Counted from the first letter of the stretch, positions 27,316 to 36,412 are shown. The stretch is 64,000 nt of DNA from an uncultured virus (IMG/VR IMGVR_UViG_3300012953_000018) (IMGVR_UViG_3300012953_000018), one strand, 5' to 3'. Program-made: numbers and translations. The notes: generated by a model not told the origin, from the letters alone.

Positions 27316-27856
27316 ACTGGCTGGTGCAATCATGGCTCATCTTCATGAGAAGATTGTAACAGAAAAGATAGAGATTGAATCGACAAGAGTTGGTGCAGAT
27401 ATACCATGGAAGTATTTCGATGTCTTTATTAACAATGCACCTCTCAATCAAGCAGAGTTATTGAATGATGCATTTGCAGAATGGAAGAGTGATCCATCTA
27501 AACTCATCATCAACATCTCATCTCGAGCTGCAAAACCGAACATCTCAAAAGGATATCTGTATGCAGCTAAGAAAGCTGAACTTAACCATCTCGCTGACAA
27601 TTTAGTTTATAACTCAGAACGACAGTGTGGGATCGTTACCCTATCTTTAGGTCTATTAGAAAATGATGAAGTTCCATCATTAACTTATGATGAGGTATGT
27701 GAAAAGATAGAAGAGATTATCTTTGACTGGTATACAGATAGACCATGGGCATCTGAGATTACTCTACAACATAGAGATAACTACAGAGAGAACCAACAGT
27801 TCAAAGAAGAACTAAAACAAATCGAAGAAGAATTTTATCGATTTGACCATAACTAA
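27287..27856 (+). CDS. Short-chain dehydrogenase/reductase-like protein
   Basis: LITG, DVFINNA, IINISS, YAAKK (YxxxK). Confidence 0.8.
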   Translation: MRTLITGKTKLAGAIMAHLHEKIVTEKIEIESTRVGADIPWKYFDVFINNAPLNQAELLNDAFAEWKSDPSKLIINISSRAAKPNISKGYLYAAKKAELNHLADNLVYNSERQCGIVTLSLGLLENDEVPSLTYDEVCEKIEEIIFDWYTDRPWASEITLQHRDNYRENQQFKEELKQIEEEFYRFDHN

Positions 27857-27871
27857 TATATAAATACTAAT

Positions 27872-28126
27872 ATGTCAGATAAAATAGAATATAACGATTT
27901 TGGATTTGCAGCTTTAGATGCAGACGAACTAAAGTCAGTTGACTCTAGTATCAACAGTAGCACAACTGCAGCCAACTCAATCATTGAAAAGTTAGATGAC
28001 TTTGTCCGTCCATTGTTAGAGAATCTTGCAAAGGATTCAGACAAGGACTATATCTATTGGCCTAATCGTGTTGATGTAATCAATAAAAAAATCCTCGAAC
28101 TAGATAAAATCAAAGCAGGATTATAA
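27872..28126 (+). CDS. Hypothetical protein
   Basis: DFGF...PLLENLAKD.DKDYIYWPNR; ATG 5 nt after TATAAATA. Confidence 0.75.
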   Translation: MSDKIEYNDFGFAALDADELKSVDSSINSSTTAANSIIEKLDDFVRPLLENLAKDSDKDYIYWPNRVDVINKKILELDKIKAGL

Positions 28127-28195
28127 ACAAAACCCCCTTTACTTTGCCTTAGGCTTTTTGATATACTGTACTCTATACAAACTAAGGAGTGTAGA

Positions 28196-28468
28196 ATGAC
28201 TGGTATATATGAAAACTTTGTCAATGACAATGAGGAAAAGATTGTCCGAATGGGTCGGAATCTAATTACCCTCGCAGAAATGAATAAGATTTATCCGAAG
28301 GATGATGAGATGTGGAATGCAGCCGTGACTGCTGGTAATCAGTTGGTCACTATCAATACCACCTATGGGATGAAGTCCCTCAAGGAACTAGGTACGAAAG
28401 AGGCAAAAGCAGTATCTCATTATTTGGACAAATATGGCCTTGACCATGAGGCCATAGTAATGGTATAA
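28196..28468 (+). CDS. Hypothetical early protein
   Basis: Promoter TTTACT-18-TATACT (28138-28167), SD AAGGAG. Confidence 0.75.
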   Translation: MTGIYENFVNDNEEKIVRMGRNLITLAEMNKIYPKDDEMWNAAVTAGNQLVTINTTYGMKSLKELGTKEAKAVSHYLDKYGLDHEAIVMV

Positions 28469-28469
28469 T
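28440..28469 (+). promoter_or_regulatory. sigma70-like early promoter
   Basis: GGCC-TTGACC-18-TATAAT with TG extension. Confidence 0.75.
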
Positions 28470-28475
28470 AGCTTT

Positions 28476-28568
28476 ACGGTGAATAACTGGGGAATGGGAC
28501 AAACGGGTCAAGTATCACAAAGTCTACAACTATTACACGATTGGTGTGTGAGACCCGTCCCTTCTTTT
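28476..28568 (+). ncRNA. Candidate ~90-nt structured small RNA
   Basis: Own promoter; ACGGGTC/GACCCGT, TCACA/TGTGA, ACAC/GTGT; ends in T-rich tract before next promoter. Confidence 0.5.
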
Positions 28569-28575
28569 AGGGGCC

Positions 28576-28605
28576 TTGACAATGACATAAGCTTTTTGAT
28601 ATAAT
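28576..28605 (+). promoter_or_regulatory. sigma70-like early promoter
   Basis: GGGCC-TTGACA-18-TATAAT. Confidence 0.85.
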
Positions 28606-28635
28606 ATGCTTATAGATTGAAAAAGGAGACTGTAA

Positions 28636-28986
28636 ATGGATAAAGAACTTAAACAATTAGTAGAGAACCTTTGTGACGAACTCACAAGTGCAATGCATAC
28701 TAGGTGGGAACATAGTCGAGGTGTCACTACTCACGGTTATTCTGTAGGTCAAAAATACATTCGTATTTTCTCAGAAGAAAAAGGTCAAATGAAATCTGCA
28801 TGGGGCTTTATTAACAAGAAAAAATTTCAAAAGGGTAATACTGGAATTACCTTCGAGGCAGGTGATGTCCTCAAATGTGCTGGGTGGCAAACACCAGCTT
28901 TGAATGCACCAAGAGGAAATCTCTTCAAGGGTTATCACATTGACCCTAACTCTATGAGATTGTACGGCCCTGACTACTTAAGATAA
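28636..28986 (+). CDS. Hypothetical early protein
   Basis: GQKYIRI..SAWGFI..GDVLK.AGW.TPALNAPRGN; SD AAGGAG. Confidence 0.75.
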   Translation: MDKELKQLVENLCDELTSAMHTRWEHSRGVTTHGYSVGQKYIRIFSEEKGQMKSAWGFINKKKFQKGNTGITFEAGDVLKCAGWQTPALNAPRGNLFKGYHIDPNSMRLYGPDYLR

Positions 28987-29108
28987 TGGACATGTTTATT
29001 GGAATAGTGATTACACTCTTTATGGGTGTATTCGCTTTCTACTCATGTGTAATGGTAGAAGAACAGAAACGAGGTGAGAGGATCACCTTACCTTGGGAGA
29101 AAGAATAA
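28986..29108 (+). CDS. 40-aa single-TM protein (not in ORF track)
   Basis: TAATG-coupled on both sides. Confidence 0.6.
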   Translation: MDMFIGIVITLFMGVFAFYSCVMVEEQKRGERITLPWEKE

Positions 29109-29275
29109 TGTTAGAATTTATTGGTTTACTTGCATGTATCTATGTTGCAATAAAAATCTTCCCAAGTGTCATCAAGTTTGCAGTTAAAGTTGCACTTGCA
29201 ATTGTGTTAATCATTCTTGCAATCCTAACTTACTTTGCATACTTCCCACCGTACTTTGAAATACTAATTGCATGA
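29108..29275 (+). CDS. Small two-TM membrane protein
   Basis: TAATG start, hydrophobic. Confidence 0.6.
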   Translation: MLEFIGLLACIYVAIKIFPSVIKFAVKVALAIVLIILAILTYFAYFPPYFEILIA

Positions 29276-29913
29276 AGACATCAGTACGGGATACCTATCT
29301 AAATTTTGACCATTCCAATATGGACTTTGGCATTCTTATGAATGCAGTCGATGAAGCTCGACTCTTAGAAGAGGGTGTCTTTGTAGAATTTGGAACTGGT
29401 ATGGGTGTCGCAGGTAGATTAATTATACCCCATCTATCAGGTGAATGGTTCTATACCGTTGACCCTTATGAACCATATGAAGGAAATGCAGTTGGTGACA
29501 TTGACCCATGGGAAGGTGTCAATCAAAACATGTTAAAGGGAGAGGACTTCTATCTCAAGAGAAAAGAAGATACGGTAAAGTCCTTATCCAAAATAGCTGA
29601 GACAGCTGGTTGTAACTTCATTTATTACGATATGGCTGACTACGAATTTATTCACAGTTCAAACGAGAGATTCAAATTCGTTTATGTGGACTCACTTCAT
29701 ACTCTTAATCATGTACAACATCTTTGCAGAATTATGATCTTACATAATAAGATTGTCGATGGTGGGATGTTAGTCTTTGATGATGTATCTTGTTATGACC
29801 ATAGTGTCGTAGATGAATTTCTAATCAAGAACAATTACACAAAAGAGGAAGAAGGTGATTTTAAAATTAGTTATAGGAGAGGCCTTGACAATGCCCCTGG
29901 CTTTTTCGTATAA
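29272..29913 (+). CDS. Class I SAM-dependent methyltransferase (O-methyltransferase-like)
   Basis: FVEFGTGMG, TVDPY, FVYVDSLH, GGMLVFDD. Confidence 0.85.
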   Translation: MKTSVRDTYLNFDHSNMDFGILMNAVDEARLLEEGVFVEFGTGMGVAGRLIIPHLSGEWFYTVDPYEPYEGNAVGDIDPWEGVNQNMLKGEDFYLKRKEDTVKSLSKIAETAGCNFIYYDMADYEFIHSSNERFKFVYVDSLHTLNHVQHLCRIMILHNKIVDGGMLVFDDVSCYDHSVVDEFLIKNNYTKEEEGDFKISYRRGLDNAPGFFV

Positions 29914-29914
29914 T
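29885..29914 (+). promoter_or_regulatory. sigma70-like early promoter
   Basis: GGCC-TTGACA-18-TATAAT. Confidence 0.85.
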
Positions 29915-29933
29915 GATAATGAGGTAAAAAAAT

Positions 29934-30101
29934 ATGGATTGGTTAAAAGAAGCACTAAAGAATTACGATAAACTGACTGAGTCAGAACAAGCTCATGTTG
30001 ATGCAGCGTGTGATGCATTGGATGAGGGTTACGGGAACGAATGTATCTGTGGTGAGAAAGATTGTCCCGAAGAATACGCACATATGACAGGAGGCTTTTA
30101 A
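29934..30101 (+). CDS. 55-aa protein with CxC..C..H motif (not in ORF track)
   Basis: SD GAGGT; ...NECICGEKDCPEEYAHMTGGF*. Confidence 0.65.
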   Translation: MDWLKEALKNYDKLTESEQAHVDAACDALDEGYGNECICGEKDCPEEYAHMTGGF

Positions 30102-30445
30102 TGTCAATAGAAAAACTAAATGAACTTGCAGATAAGAAGTGGGACTTCGAAGCTGCAGTACGAAAAGTCAATGATGAGACTAAAGTCATCAAGTACGATA
30201 ATATCCCTAGTGAGATTTATCTAAAGGTTACTAACATTGCTGAAGAGTTGGGTATGGATGTATCCGATTCATCAGACCTTGAGTGGAAGATTAAAGAGGT
30301 TCGTGAAGCAGTCAATGCTTTGGAATCTGCAGTCTACAATTTAGTAGAACCATTTGAGGAAGCACTCAGGACTGCTGAGTGTGATTACGATGAACTCGAA
30401 ATGGATATGGAAGACCAAGACTTTGGTCTAGCATCGGTGTCCTAA
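30101..30445 (+). CDS. Acidic helical hypothetical protein
   Basis: SD AGGAGG, TAATG coupling. Confidence 0.7.
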   Translation: MSIEKLNELADKKWDFEAAVRKVNDETKVIKYDNIPSEIYLKVTNIAEELGMDVSDSSDLEWKIKEVREAVNALESAVYNLVEPFEEALRTAECDYDELEMDMEDQDFGLASVS

Positions 30446-30642
30446 TGGCTCTTACATATCTCAAAGAGATTACCGATTGGAGTGACTCAGGATGCAATGT
30501 CCCAAATCATACATACATCTTCAACGAGAAGAATCAGAATGTCGGTTATATCATAACGGGAACAAAGGAAGAAATCTTCTTTAAGAAACCTTCCAAGTTG
30601 TTCTCAAAAGCTAGACGAAAGTTTATCAAATTAAAAAGATAG
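30445..30642 (+). CDS. Hypothetical protein
   Basis: KEITDW..VPNHTYI..F.KARRKF. Confidence 0.7.
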   Translation: MALTYLKEITDWSDSGCNVPNHTYIFNEKNQNVGYIITGTKEEIFFKKPSKLFSKARRKFIKLKR

Positions 30643-30650
30643 GAGACGAT

Positions 30651-30848
30651 ATGTTTGTAGCAAATTTTCTAGGTGGCCCTGAACGAGGGTCTCAATATAA
30701 AGAACCCATCAATGTAAAAATCGGATTGACTCAATTCGTATTATTTTATATAATGGGTAGTAAATGGTTTATTAATAATCTCAGTGAACGCATGGGTTAT
30801 GATTACTCAGGTGATTACTTTGGAGGAGTAAGGATATGGATAGGATAA
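30651..30848 (+). CDS. Hypothetical protein
   Basis: SD AGGAG, short ORF. Confidence 0.4.
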   Translation: MFVANFLGGPERGSQYKEPINVKIGLTQFVLFYIMGSKWFINNLSERMGYDYSGDYFGGVRIWIG

Positions 30849-31333
30849 AGATTCTATGTCTAGTCGTATTAGGATTCTGTTTAGGATTCTTTTCAGGTAA
30901 GGCACACGCAGGTGACCCGAATGGTTACGAGTATTGTCTTGCACAAAACATTTATTTCGAAGCTGGGAATCAACCCCTCGCTGGAAAAGTTGCAGTCGCT
31001 CAAGTTGTCTTGAATAGGCTCCAACACAATTCATACCCGACAGACATTTGTGGTGTCGTGTATCAAGCAGAATATAAAGAAAACTGGAAAGGTAATATGA
31101 TGCCTGTCAGGAACCGATGTCAATTTAGTTGGTTCTGTGATGGTAAGTCAGATGACCCTTTGGATACAAAAACATTTGATGAATGTTTGATTATTGCTCG
31201 TGATGTCGTAGATGGATTCTATTTCGATCTAACAGAAGGTGCAACTCATTATCATAGTGTTTATGTAAACCCTTATTGGGCAGACTCATTGAATGAGACT
31301 GTAGTTATAAACGAACATATCTTTTATAAGTAA
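30836..31333 (+). CDS. SleB-like cell wall hydrolase with signal peptide
   Basis: CLAQNIYFEA, AVAQVVLNR, CQFSWFCDGKSD, TEGATHYH, HIFYK. Confidence 0.92.
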   Translation: MDRIKILCLVVLGFCLGFFSGKAHAGDPNGYEYCLAQNIYFEAGNQPLAGKVAVAQVVLNRLQHNSYPTDICGVVYQAEYKENWKGNMMPVRNRCQFSWFCDGKSDDPLDTKTFDECLIIARDVVDGFYFDLTEGATHYHSVYVNPYWADSLNETVVINEHIFYK

Positions 31334-31665
31334 TGGGATATTTGAATTTAGGAAGTTCGATTAGGTATGGGCCTCATGGTAAGAAAAGGAAGACCAAGGC
31401 CTTTACCAAAAAATCGAAGAGACAAAAGTATCAGGAAATGATACTCCAACAACAAAAAACTTTTGACCGTATTGTGAGAGAAGTATCACAAACGGAAAAG
31501 ATTCCGTCTGCATTACTCAGTTCAGCTGGGTCAGGTGGACAGAAGAACCTTGAGTGGGAAAAAGAGAAACTCAGGATATCATCCCAATACACGGTTGCAC
31601 CCGCGTATAACAAAGGTGCTTATCAGGTGATTGGTAAATCAGACATCAAACACATAGGAAAATAA
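31333..31665 (+). CDS. Basic hypothetical protein
   Basis: C-terminal APAYNKGAYQVI. Confidence 0.7.
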   Translation: MGYLNLGSSIRYGPHGKKRKTKAFTKKSKRQKYQEMILQQQKTFDRIVREVSQTEKIPSALLSSAGSGGQKNLEWEKEKLRISSQYTVAPAYNKGAYQVIGKSDIKHIGK

Positions 31666-31666
31666 T

Positions 31667-31807
31667 ATGTCACAACCACAACAGCAACAACAACTTCGTT
31701 TTCAGAATAAGAAAATCAAAGACCAAGCGGAGTCCATTGAAGAGCAAACCAAAAGGATTGCAGAATGGATTGAACAACAACAAGACCCAAGACATAATCA
31801 GGAGTAA
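31667..31807 (+). CDS. 46-aa Gln-rich protein (not in ORF track)
   Basis: Fills gap; TAATG coupling. Confidence 0.55.
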   Translation: MSQPQQQQQLRFQNKKIKDQAESIEEQTKRIAEWIEQQQDPRHNQE

Positions 31808-32064
31808 TGATAGAACTAGCAAGATTGCATAACGGTGAGGATGTATATGGAACCTACGAAGAAGTAGAAGCGTATGCAGAGAAGAATGATTCATGTGTAG
31901 TAAGATATTATGACCATGTGAATCCTTCAACCGTTTACAATAAATTCAAATGGGTTGGTACAGGAATGTCCGATCCATTTGCTGTTTCTGTTCCGTATGA
32001 CTACGATAAACAGAAAGCCAAAGGCACCTTCAATACTAGAGGTGTAAACTTAGATAAATTTTAA
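31807..32064 (+). CDS. Hypothetical protein
   Basis: ORF with AGGAG upstream. Confidence 0.65.
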   Translation: MIELARLHNGEDVYGTYEEVEAYAEKNDSCVVRYYDHVNPSTVYNKFKWVGTGMSDPFAVSVPYDYDKQKAKGTFNTRGVNLDKF

Positions 32065-32105
32065 ACCATCTAGACAGATGGTTGAAGGAGTGATAGAATA
32101 GTATT

Positions 32106-32510
32106 ATGAATTATCGAAACAATATCTTTCAACGATTCTTAATGTGGATTGTTGATTGCTGGAGAGTGGTAATGGACGCAAGGTTCAATCCACTTAAACA
32201 CATACCCGACCCAAGTTTACAAATGTATTTTACATTGGTGTTGTTCACCATGTGGTCAGTGTACTTTGGGTTCGTTGCATCTTACTATATGGGATGGTTA
32301 GGTTACAGTACAGTAACAAGTATTATTGTGCATATTGCAGTAATCGTTCCTCTTGGATTTACTAACGCAGTATTCCTAGATGCAGAGAGAGAAAACGCTC
32401 CATGGTTATACCGTTGGAGATTAAACAAACAACTTGATACTCAGGACTTGAACTTAAAGAAGTCTAACTATGAGAAAAGAATCAAGTGGGATATTGACCA
32501 CGAAGCATGA
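32106..32510 (+). CDS. Two-TM membrane protein
   Basis: VMDARFNPLKHIPDPS..L..MWS; promoter TAGACA-17-TAGAAT at 32071-32099. Confidence 0.75.
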   Translation: MNYRNNIFQRFLMWIVDCWRVVMDARFNPLKHIPDPSLQMYFTLVLFTMWSVYFGFVASYYMGWLGYSTVTSIIVHIAVIVPLGFTNAVFLDAERENAPWLYRWRLNKQLDTQDLNLKKSNYEKRIKWDIDHEA

Positions 32511-33046
32511 ACATTTTTTATCTACATAAAGACCCAGTCGAATCAGCTAAACTTCATTGTGACAAACATGTTGTTAAGATGATTATCGAGTACGCTCAAA
32601 TGTTGTCTACTGCACATAGAATATTAGATGGTACTGAATACATCAGTCAAACATTGGGTGGTCGTAGAATTAAAAGATGGAAACATCCTAACTCAAATAT
32701 GGATGGGGTCTTATACAAGGCCTCCCATATTAATCACCCATCTGCAATATGGGTTCGTGAATCTGCAATTCAATATCAATACATGTATGATATGTTTGTT
32801 GCATTATGTGATGAGTACACATACAGGTATGGTAAGATACACATGACAGATTCTAAACTAAGAGTTATACTGGATGAGATACCAAGAAATCTAGAGTTGG
32901 GTGATTGGAGAGACCCACCACAATGTATGCCTGACGATGTCAAGACAGAATCAGCCATAACAGCATACCATAAATACTATGCAGTCTACAAGAAAGACTT
33001 TGCAAAGTGGACTGATAGAAACATCCCACAATTTATGAGTGCTTGA
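32507..33046 (+). CDS. Pyrimidine-dimer DNA glycosylase-like protein (DenV-related family)
   Basis: MNIFYL..CDKHVVKMIIEYAQMLSTAH, HINHPSAIW, EYTYRYGKIH, PPQCMP. Confidence 0.75.
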   Translation: MNIFYLHKDPVESAKLHCDKHVVKMIIEYAQMLSTAHRILDGTEYISQTLGGRRIKRWKHPNSNMDGVLYKASHINHPSAIWVRESAIQYQYMYDMFVALCDEYTYRYGKIHMTDSKLRVILDEIPRNLELGDWRDPPQCMPDDVKTESAITAYHKYYAVYKKDFAKWTDRNIPQFMSA

Positions 33047-33049
33047 TAT

Positions 33050-33358
33050 ATGCCTAATTATGACTTCTTAAATAAAGAGACTGGTGAGATAAAAGAATAC
33101 TTTATGTCTTACAAAGACCTTGACGAATTCAAAAAGAACAATCCCCATTTACTACAACAAGTATCTGCACCTAATATCGTAGGTGGACATGGTGACCGTG
33201 TCAAGACAGATGATGGTTTTAAGGAAGTATTATCTAAAGTAGGTGATGCACATCCAGGCTCAGTTGTCCATGAGAGACACGGTAGTAAAGATATTAAAAG
33301 AGAGAAGTCTGTACAAACTATCAAAAAGCATATGGACATACAGTCCAAAAGGAAGTAA
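33050..33358 (+). CDS. FmdB-like small protein
   Basis: MPNYDF.NKETGE, DGFKEVLSKV...HPGS. Confidence 0.65.
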   Translation: MPNYDFLNKETGEIKEYFMSYKDLDEFKKNNPHLLQQVSAPNIVGGHGDRVKTDDGFKEVLSKVGDAHPGSVVHERHGSKDIKREKSVQTIKKHMDIQSKRK

Positions 33359-33367
33359 AATAGATAT

Positions 33368-34048
33368 ATGACTAAAGTGAGAACAACCCTCGTAGATATT
33401 CATGACCTTGAATCTCTTGATTTAAAAACAGAACAAAGAGACGGTAAGAGATACTATATCGATTCTAAAGGTGATGCTTATCCTAGTGTTACTACAGTAG
33501 TTGGTCTTAAGTCTAAAGAACAAATCCAATTATGGAGAGCAAGAGTTGGTGAGGAAACTGCAAACAAGATTTCTACATCAGCTGCAAAGAGAGGAACTAA
33601 GTTCCATCAACATGTAGAAGATTATCTTCGTAAAGAAAAAGAATATATTGAGTTCGAGAACATTATCCAAGAGGGTATGTTCAAAGCAGTGAGACCAGTA
33701 TTAGATGAGATTGTACCACTTGCCCTAGAGGCACCGATGTATTCTGAGAATCTAAAGATGGCTGGTCGTGTCGATTGCGTTGGAATGTTCGATGGGAAAC
33801 TTTGTATCATAGACTTTAAGTCTAGTGCAAAACCTAAAGAAGATTACATGGCAGAAACATGGTTCATTCAGATGACTGCATATGCAATCATGGTTGAAGA
33901 ACTAACAGGTCATGCAATTGAGGAATGTGTTGCATTGGTAGGTGTGGAAGGTTCTTCTGCATTCCAAATGTTTATATGTGACCCTAACGATTACATCGAA
34001 GACCTTGTCGGACTAAGAAAACAATTTACAAACTTATACGGAATATGA
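33368..34048 (+). CDS. PD-(D/E)xK exonuclease
   Basis: YPSVTTV, RGTKFH, AGRVDC, IIDFKSS, Q..AYA; promoter TGGACA-17-TAAAAT at 33333-33361. Confidence 0.88.
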   Translation: MTKVRTTLVDIHDLESLDLKTEQRDGKRYYIDSKGDAYPSVTTVVGLKSKEQIQLWRARVGEETANKISTSAAKRGTKFHQHVEDYLRKEKEYIEFENIIQEGMFKAVRPVLDEIVPLALEAPMYSENLKMAGRVDCVGMFDGKLCIIDFKSSAKPKEDYMAETWFIQMTAYAIMVEELTGHAIEECVALVGVEGSSAFQMFICDPNDYIEDLVGLRKQFTNLYGI

Positions 34049-34296
34049 TGATTACAAGAAAAGAATTTAGTGAACAGGTGGAACGATTGATTGCATCTGG
34101 CAAAGGTAACACAGATGTTATGTCAGCGATAATAAAAATTTGTGAGGTTAACAAGGTTGAACCTGAGAGTGCGAAGAGATTGATATCTGTTCCACTTAAA
34201 GAAAAACTGCAAGCTGAAGCAGAGAAACTCAACATGATTAATCGTGAAACTAGAAGTCAGTCTACATTGGCTGGTTTCTTTACGGAGAAAAAATAA
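34045..34296 (+). CDS. 33: Late promoter transcription co-activator gp33
   Basis: FSEQVE..AII.ICE.N.VEPE...LIS.PLKEKLQAEA.KLNMI; synteny with gp59/gp32. Confidence 0.88.
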   Translation: MMITRKEFSEQVERLIASGKGNTDVMSAIIKICEVNKVEPESAKRLISVPLKEKLQAEAEKLNMINRETRSQSTLAGFFTEKK

Positions 34297-34568
34297 TGGA
34301 AAAAGGTGATATCGTAACGGTAGTTACAATTAGTGGAGAGTATGTCGGTGTACTCGAATCATTCGAAGATGCAACTGTGGTTCTAAACAAACCTCGTATG
34401 ATTGTTCAAACAGAAAAGGGTATGGGATTTGCACATGGTGTTGCAGTTACAGGAGAAGAGAATCCTGATACAGTTACATTCTTAAATGTTGTATATGTCA
34501 TCCCAACTAACGAAGGGGTAAAGAAAGCTCACACTGAAGCAACTACTGGTATACAGTTAGTTAAGTAA
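34296..34568 (+). CDS. Sm-like hypothetical protein
   Basis: GDIVTVVTISGEYVG, C-terminal TTGIQL. Confidence 0.7.
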   Translation: MEKGDIVTVVTISGEYVGVLESFEDATVVLNKPRMIVQTEKGMGFAHGVAVTGEENPDTVTFLNVVYVIPTNEGVKKAHTEATTGIQLVK

Positions 34569-35158
34569 TGACAAGTCGTGAAGGATATGATGCATACACT
34601 TTATATCTTGGTATAAAGCTACACTTCTATTCGAAGGACTACAACTTTGTCAGATACAACGGTAAAGTCAAAGCAGATATTAACTCATTCTTAAAACGAA
34701 AAGATAAGTATCACTTTGGTAAATTATACAAGAAGTATAAACAAGATTTACAAGACTTCTACATTGCAAACTTATCGGTATATGATCTATGGGCGGGAGA
34801 CCTATTAGAGAATGAATGTGATAAGCGTTACAAAGAGTGGAAGAAGAGACATCAGAAACTTACTTACATGTTTGAGACAGAAGTATCAGACCAAGTAAGA
34901 AAGTATAAGATAGATACCCTATTAAAGGTATCAAATGGTCAACACCCTAGACTATTGAAAGCTTACTTAGGTAAGGAGATTAGTTTAGAGACATTATGTA
35001 TTATGGACGAGATTATTGGATTTAGTTCAGACTGGGAGAGATTGATTTCGGAAAAAATCGTCTACCCCGAAGTACATATTAAGTTGAATAAGTATAAAGC
35101 ATTCTTGAGTTACCCGACCCAAGAGTACAAGAACAAACTCATAGAGATATGTTCTTAG
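34568..35158 (+). CDS. 59: Helicase loader gp59
   Basis: YLGIKLHF..YNFVRYNGK, F.KRKDKY.F, HPRLLK.YL..EISLET. Confidence 0.92.
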   Translation: MTSREGYDAYTLYLGIKLHFYSKDYNFVRYNGKVKADINSFLKRKDKYHFGKLYKKYKQDLQDFYIANLSVYDLWAGDLLENECDKRYKEWKKRHQKLTYMFETEVSDQVRKYKIDTLLKVSNGQHPRLLKAYLGKEISLETLCIMDEIIGFSSDWERLISEKIVYPEVHIKLNKYKAFLSYPTQEYKNKLIEICS

Positions 35159-35341
35159 CTATGTACCTCTGGGCTGGAACATTATTATGTATAATAAAAT
35201 AAAGCTCAAGGATGACTAAATACAAAGTATATTTCAAAAACCCTCTTGTAGGATTAGTAGGAATGTATTATAATAGGAGTATAGAAACCAAGGTTTTTAT
35301 ACATGATAAAATGCTAAACGATGCGATAAAAGGAGAATACA

Positions 35342-36241
35342 ATGTCAACATCATTAGATAAACTACGAGCAGCTATGGAGTCTGCTTCACCTACAGAAGG
35401 TGCAAAAAAGTCCTATTCCGATGACCGATACTGGAAACCTGAACTCGATAAGAGTGGTAATGGGTTTGCACAAATACGGTTCCTACCAACCCCCGAAGGT
35501 GAAGAAATGCCATGGGTCTCATATTGGGATCATGGATTCCAAGGGCCAGGTGGATGGTATATTGAGAAGTCTTTAACGACTCTTAATAAACAAGACCCTG
35601 TGTCTGAATACAATACTCAGTTATGGAACACTGGGATTGAAGCAAACAAAGAGATTGCAAGGAAACAGAAGCGTAGACTTCATTATGTTTCTAATGTCTA
35701 TGTTGTTTCAGACCCTAAGAATCCTGATAACGAAGGTAAAGTATTCCTTTACAAGTTCGGTAAGAAAATCTTCGAACAGTTGAAGGAAGCAATCAGTCCT
35801 GCTTTTGAGGACGAGTCTGCTATCAATCCTTTTGACTTAAGAGGAGAAGGTGCTAACTTCAAAATTAAAATCAGAAAAGTCGATGGTTATTGGAACTACG
35901 ATAAGTCTGAGTTTGATAAACCAGCACCACTTTTTGATGACGAAAATCAACTGAATGACATATATAGTTCAGTACATTCATTATCAGAAATTATCTCACC
36001 TAGTGAGTTCAAGTCTTATGACGAACTCAAAGAGAAACTAGATAGAATTCTAGGTCTCTCAGGTGGAGTGAGTAATTCTACAGCAGAATCAGTTGCAGAA
36101 GACCAAGAAGAAGTGCCTTGGGCAAATGTAAATACTGCTTCAGTTGCAGATGAACCTGTAATCTCATCAGCAGAAGCTTCAGTCGGAGAGAGTGAAGACG
36201 ATGCGATGGATTACTTCAAGAAATTGGCTTCTGATAGTTAA
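35342..36241 (+). CDS. 32: Single-stranded DNA-binding protein gp32
   Basis: DDRYWKPELDKSGNG.A.IRFLP, HGFQGPGGWYIE, NEGKVFLYKFGKKIF, acidic tail DDAMDYFKKLA. Confidence 0.97.
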   Translation: MSTSLDKLRAAMESASPTEGAKKSYSDDRYWKPELDKSGNGFAQIRFLPTPEGEEMPWVSYWDHGFQGPGGWYIEKSLTTLNKQDPVSEYNTQLWNTGIEANKEIARKQKRRLHYVSNVYVVSDPKNPDNEGKVFLYKFGKKIFEQLKEAISPAFEDESAINPFDLRGEGANFKIKIRKVDGYWNYDKSEFDKPAPLFDDENQLNDIYSSVHSLSEIISPSEFKSYDELKEKLDRILGLSGGVSNSTAESVAEDQEEVPWANVNTASVADEPVISSAEASVGESEDDAMDYFKKLASDS

Positions 36242-36249
36242 TTTCACTT

Positions 36250-36412
36250 TGGGGTAGTAGTGTTATATAATGACCAAATGGTGATACAGACTACTACTCA
36301 CTTGGGCCGTGGAATATATTTGGGGGCACCAAGTAAGGGTAAGGGAGACAGCAAACCAAAGCGGGTCTCTCGGTTAAGAACGGGATGCTGTAAGGCGCGG
36401 GGTGACTTAACA
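36250..36412 (+). ncRNA. Candidate four-stem structured RNA upstream of bS21
   Basis: GGGTAGTAGT/ACTACTACTC, ACTTGG/CCAAGT, GGGAGAC/GTCTCTC, GTTAAG/CTTAAC. Confidence 0.55.

Noticed and set aside
33368..34048. Cas4-like nuclease as CRISPR evidence
   Set aside because: Ordinary stand-alone PD-(D/E)xK exonuclease next to gp33, without the Cas4 Fe-S cysteine set or an array
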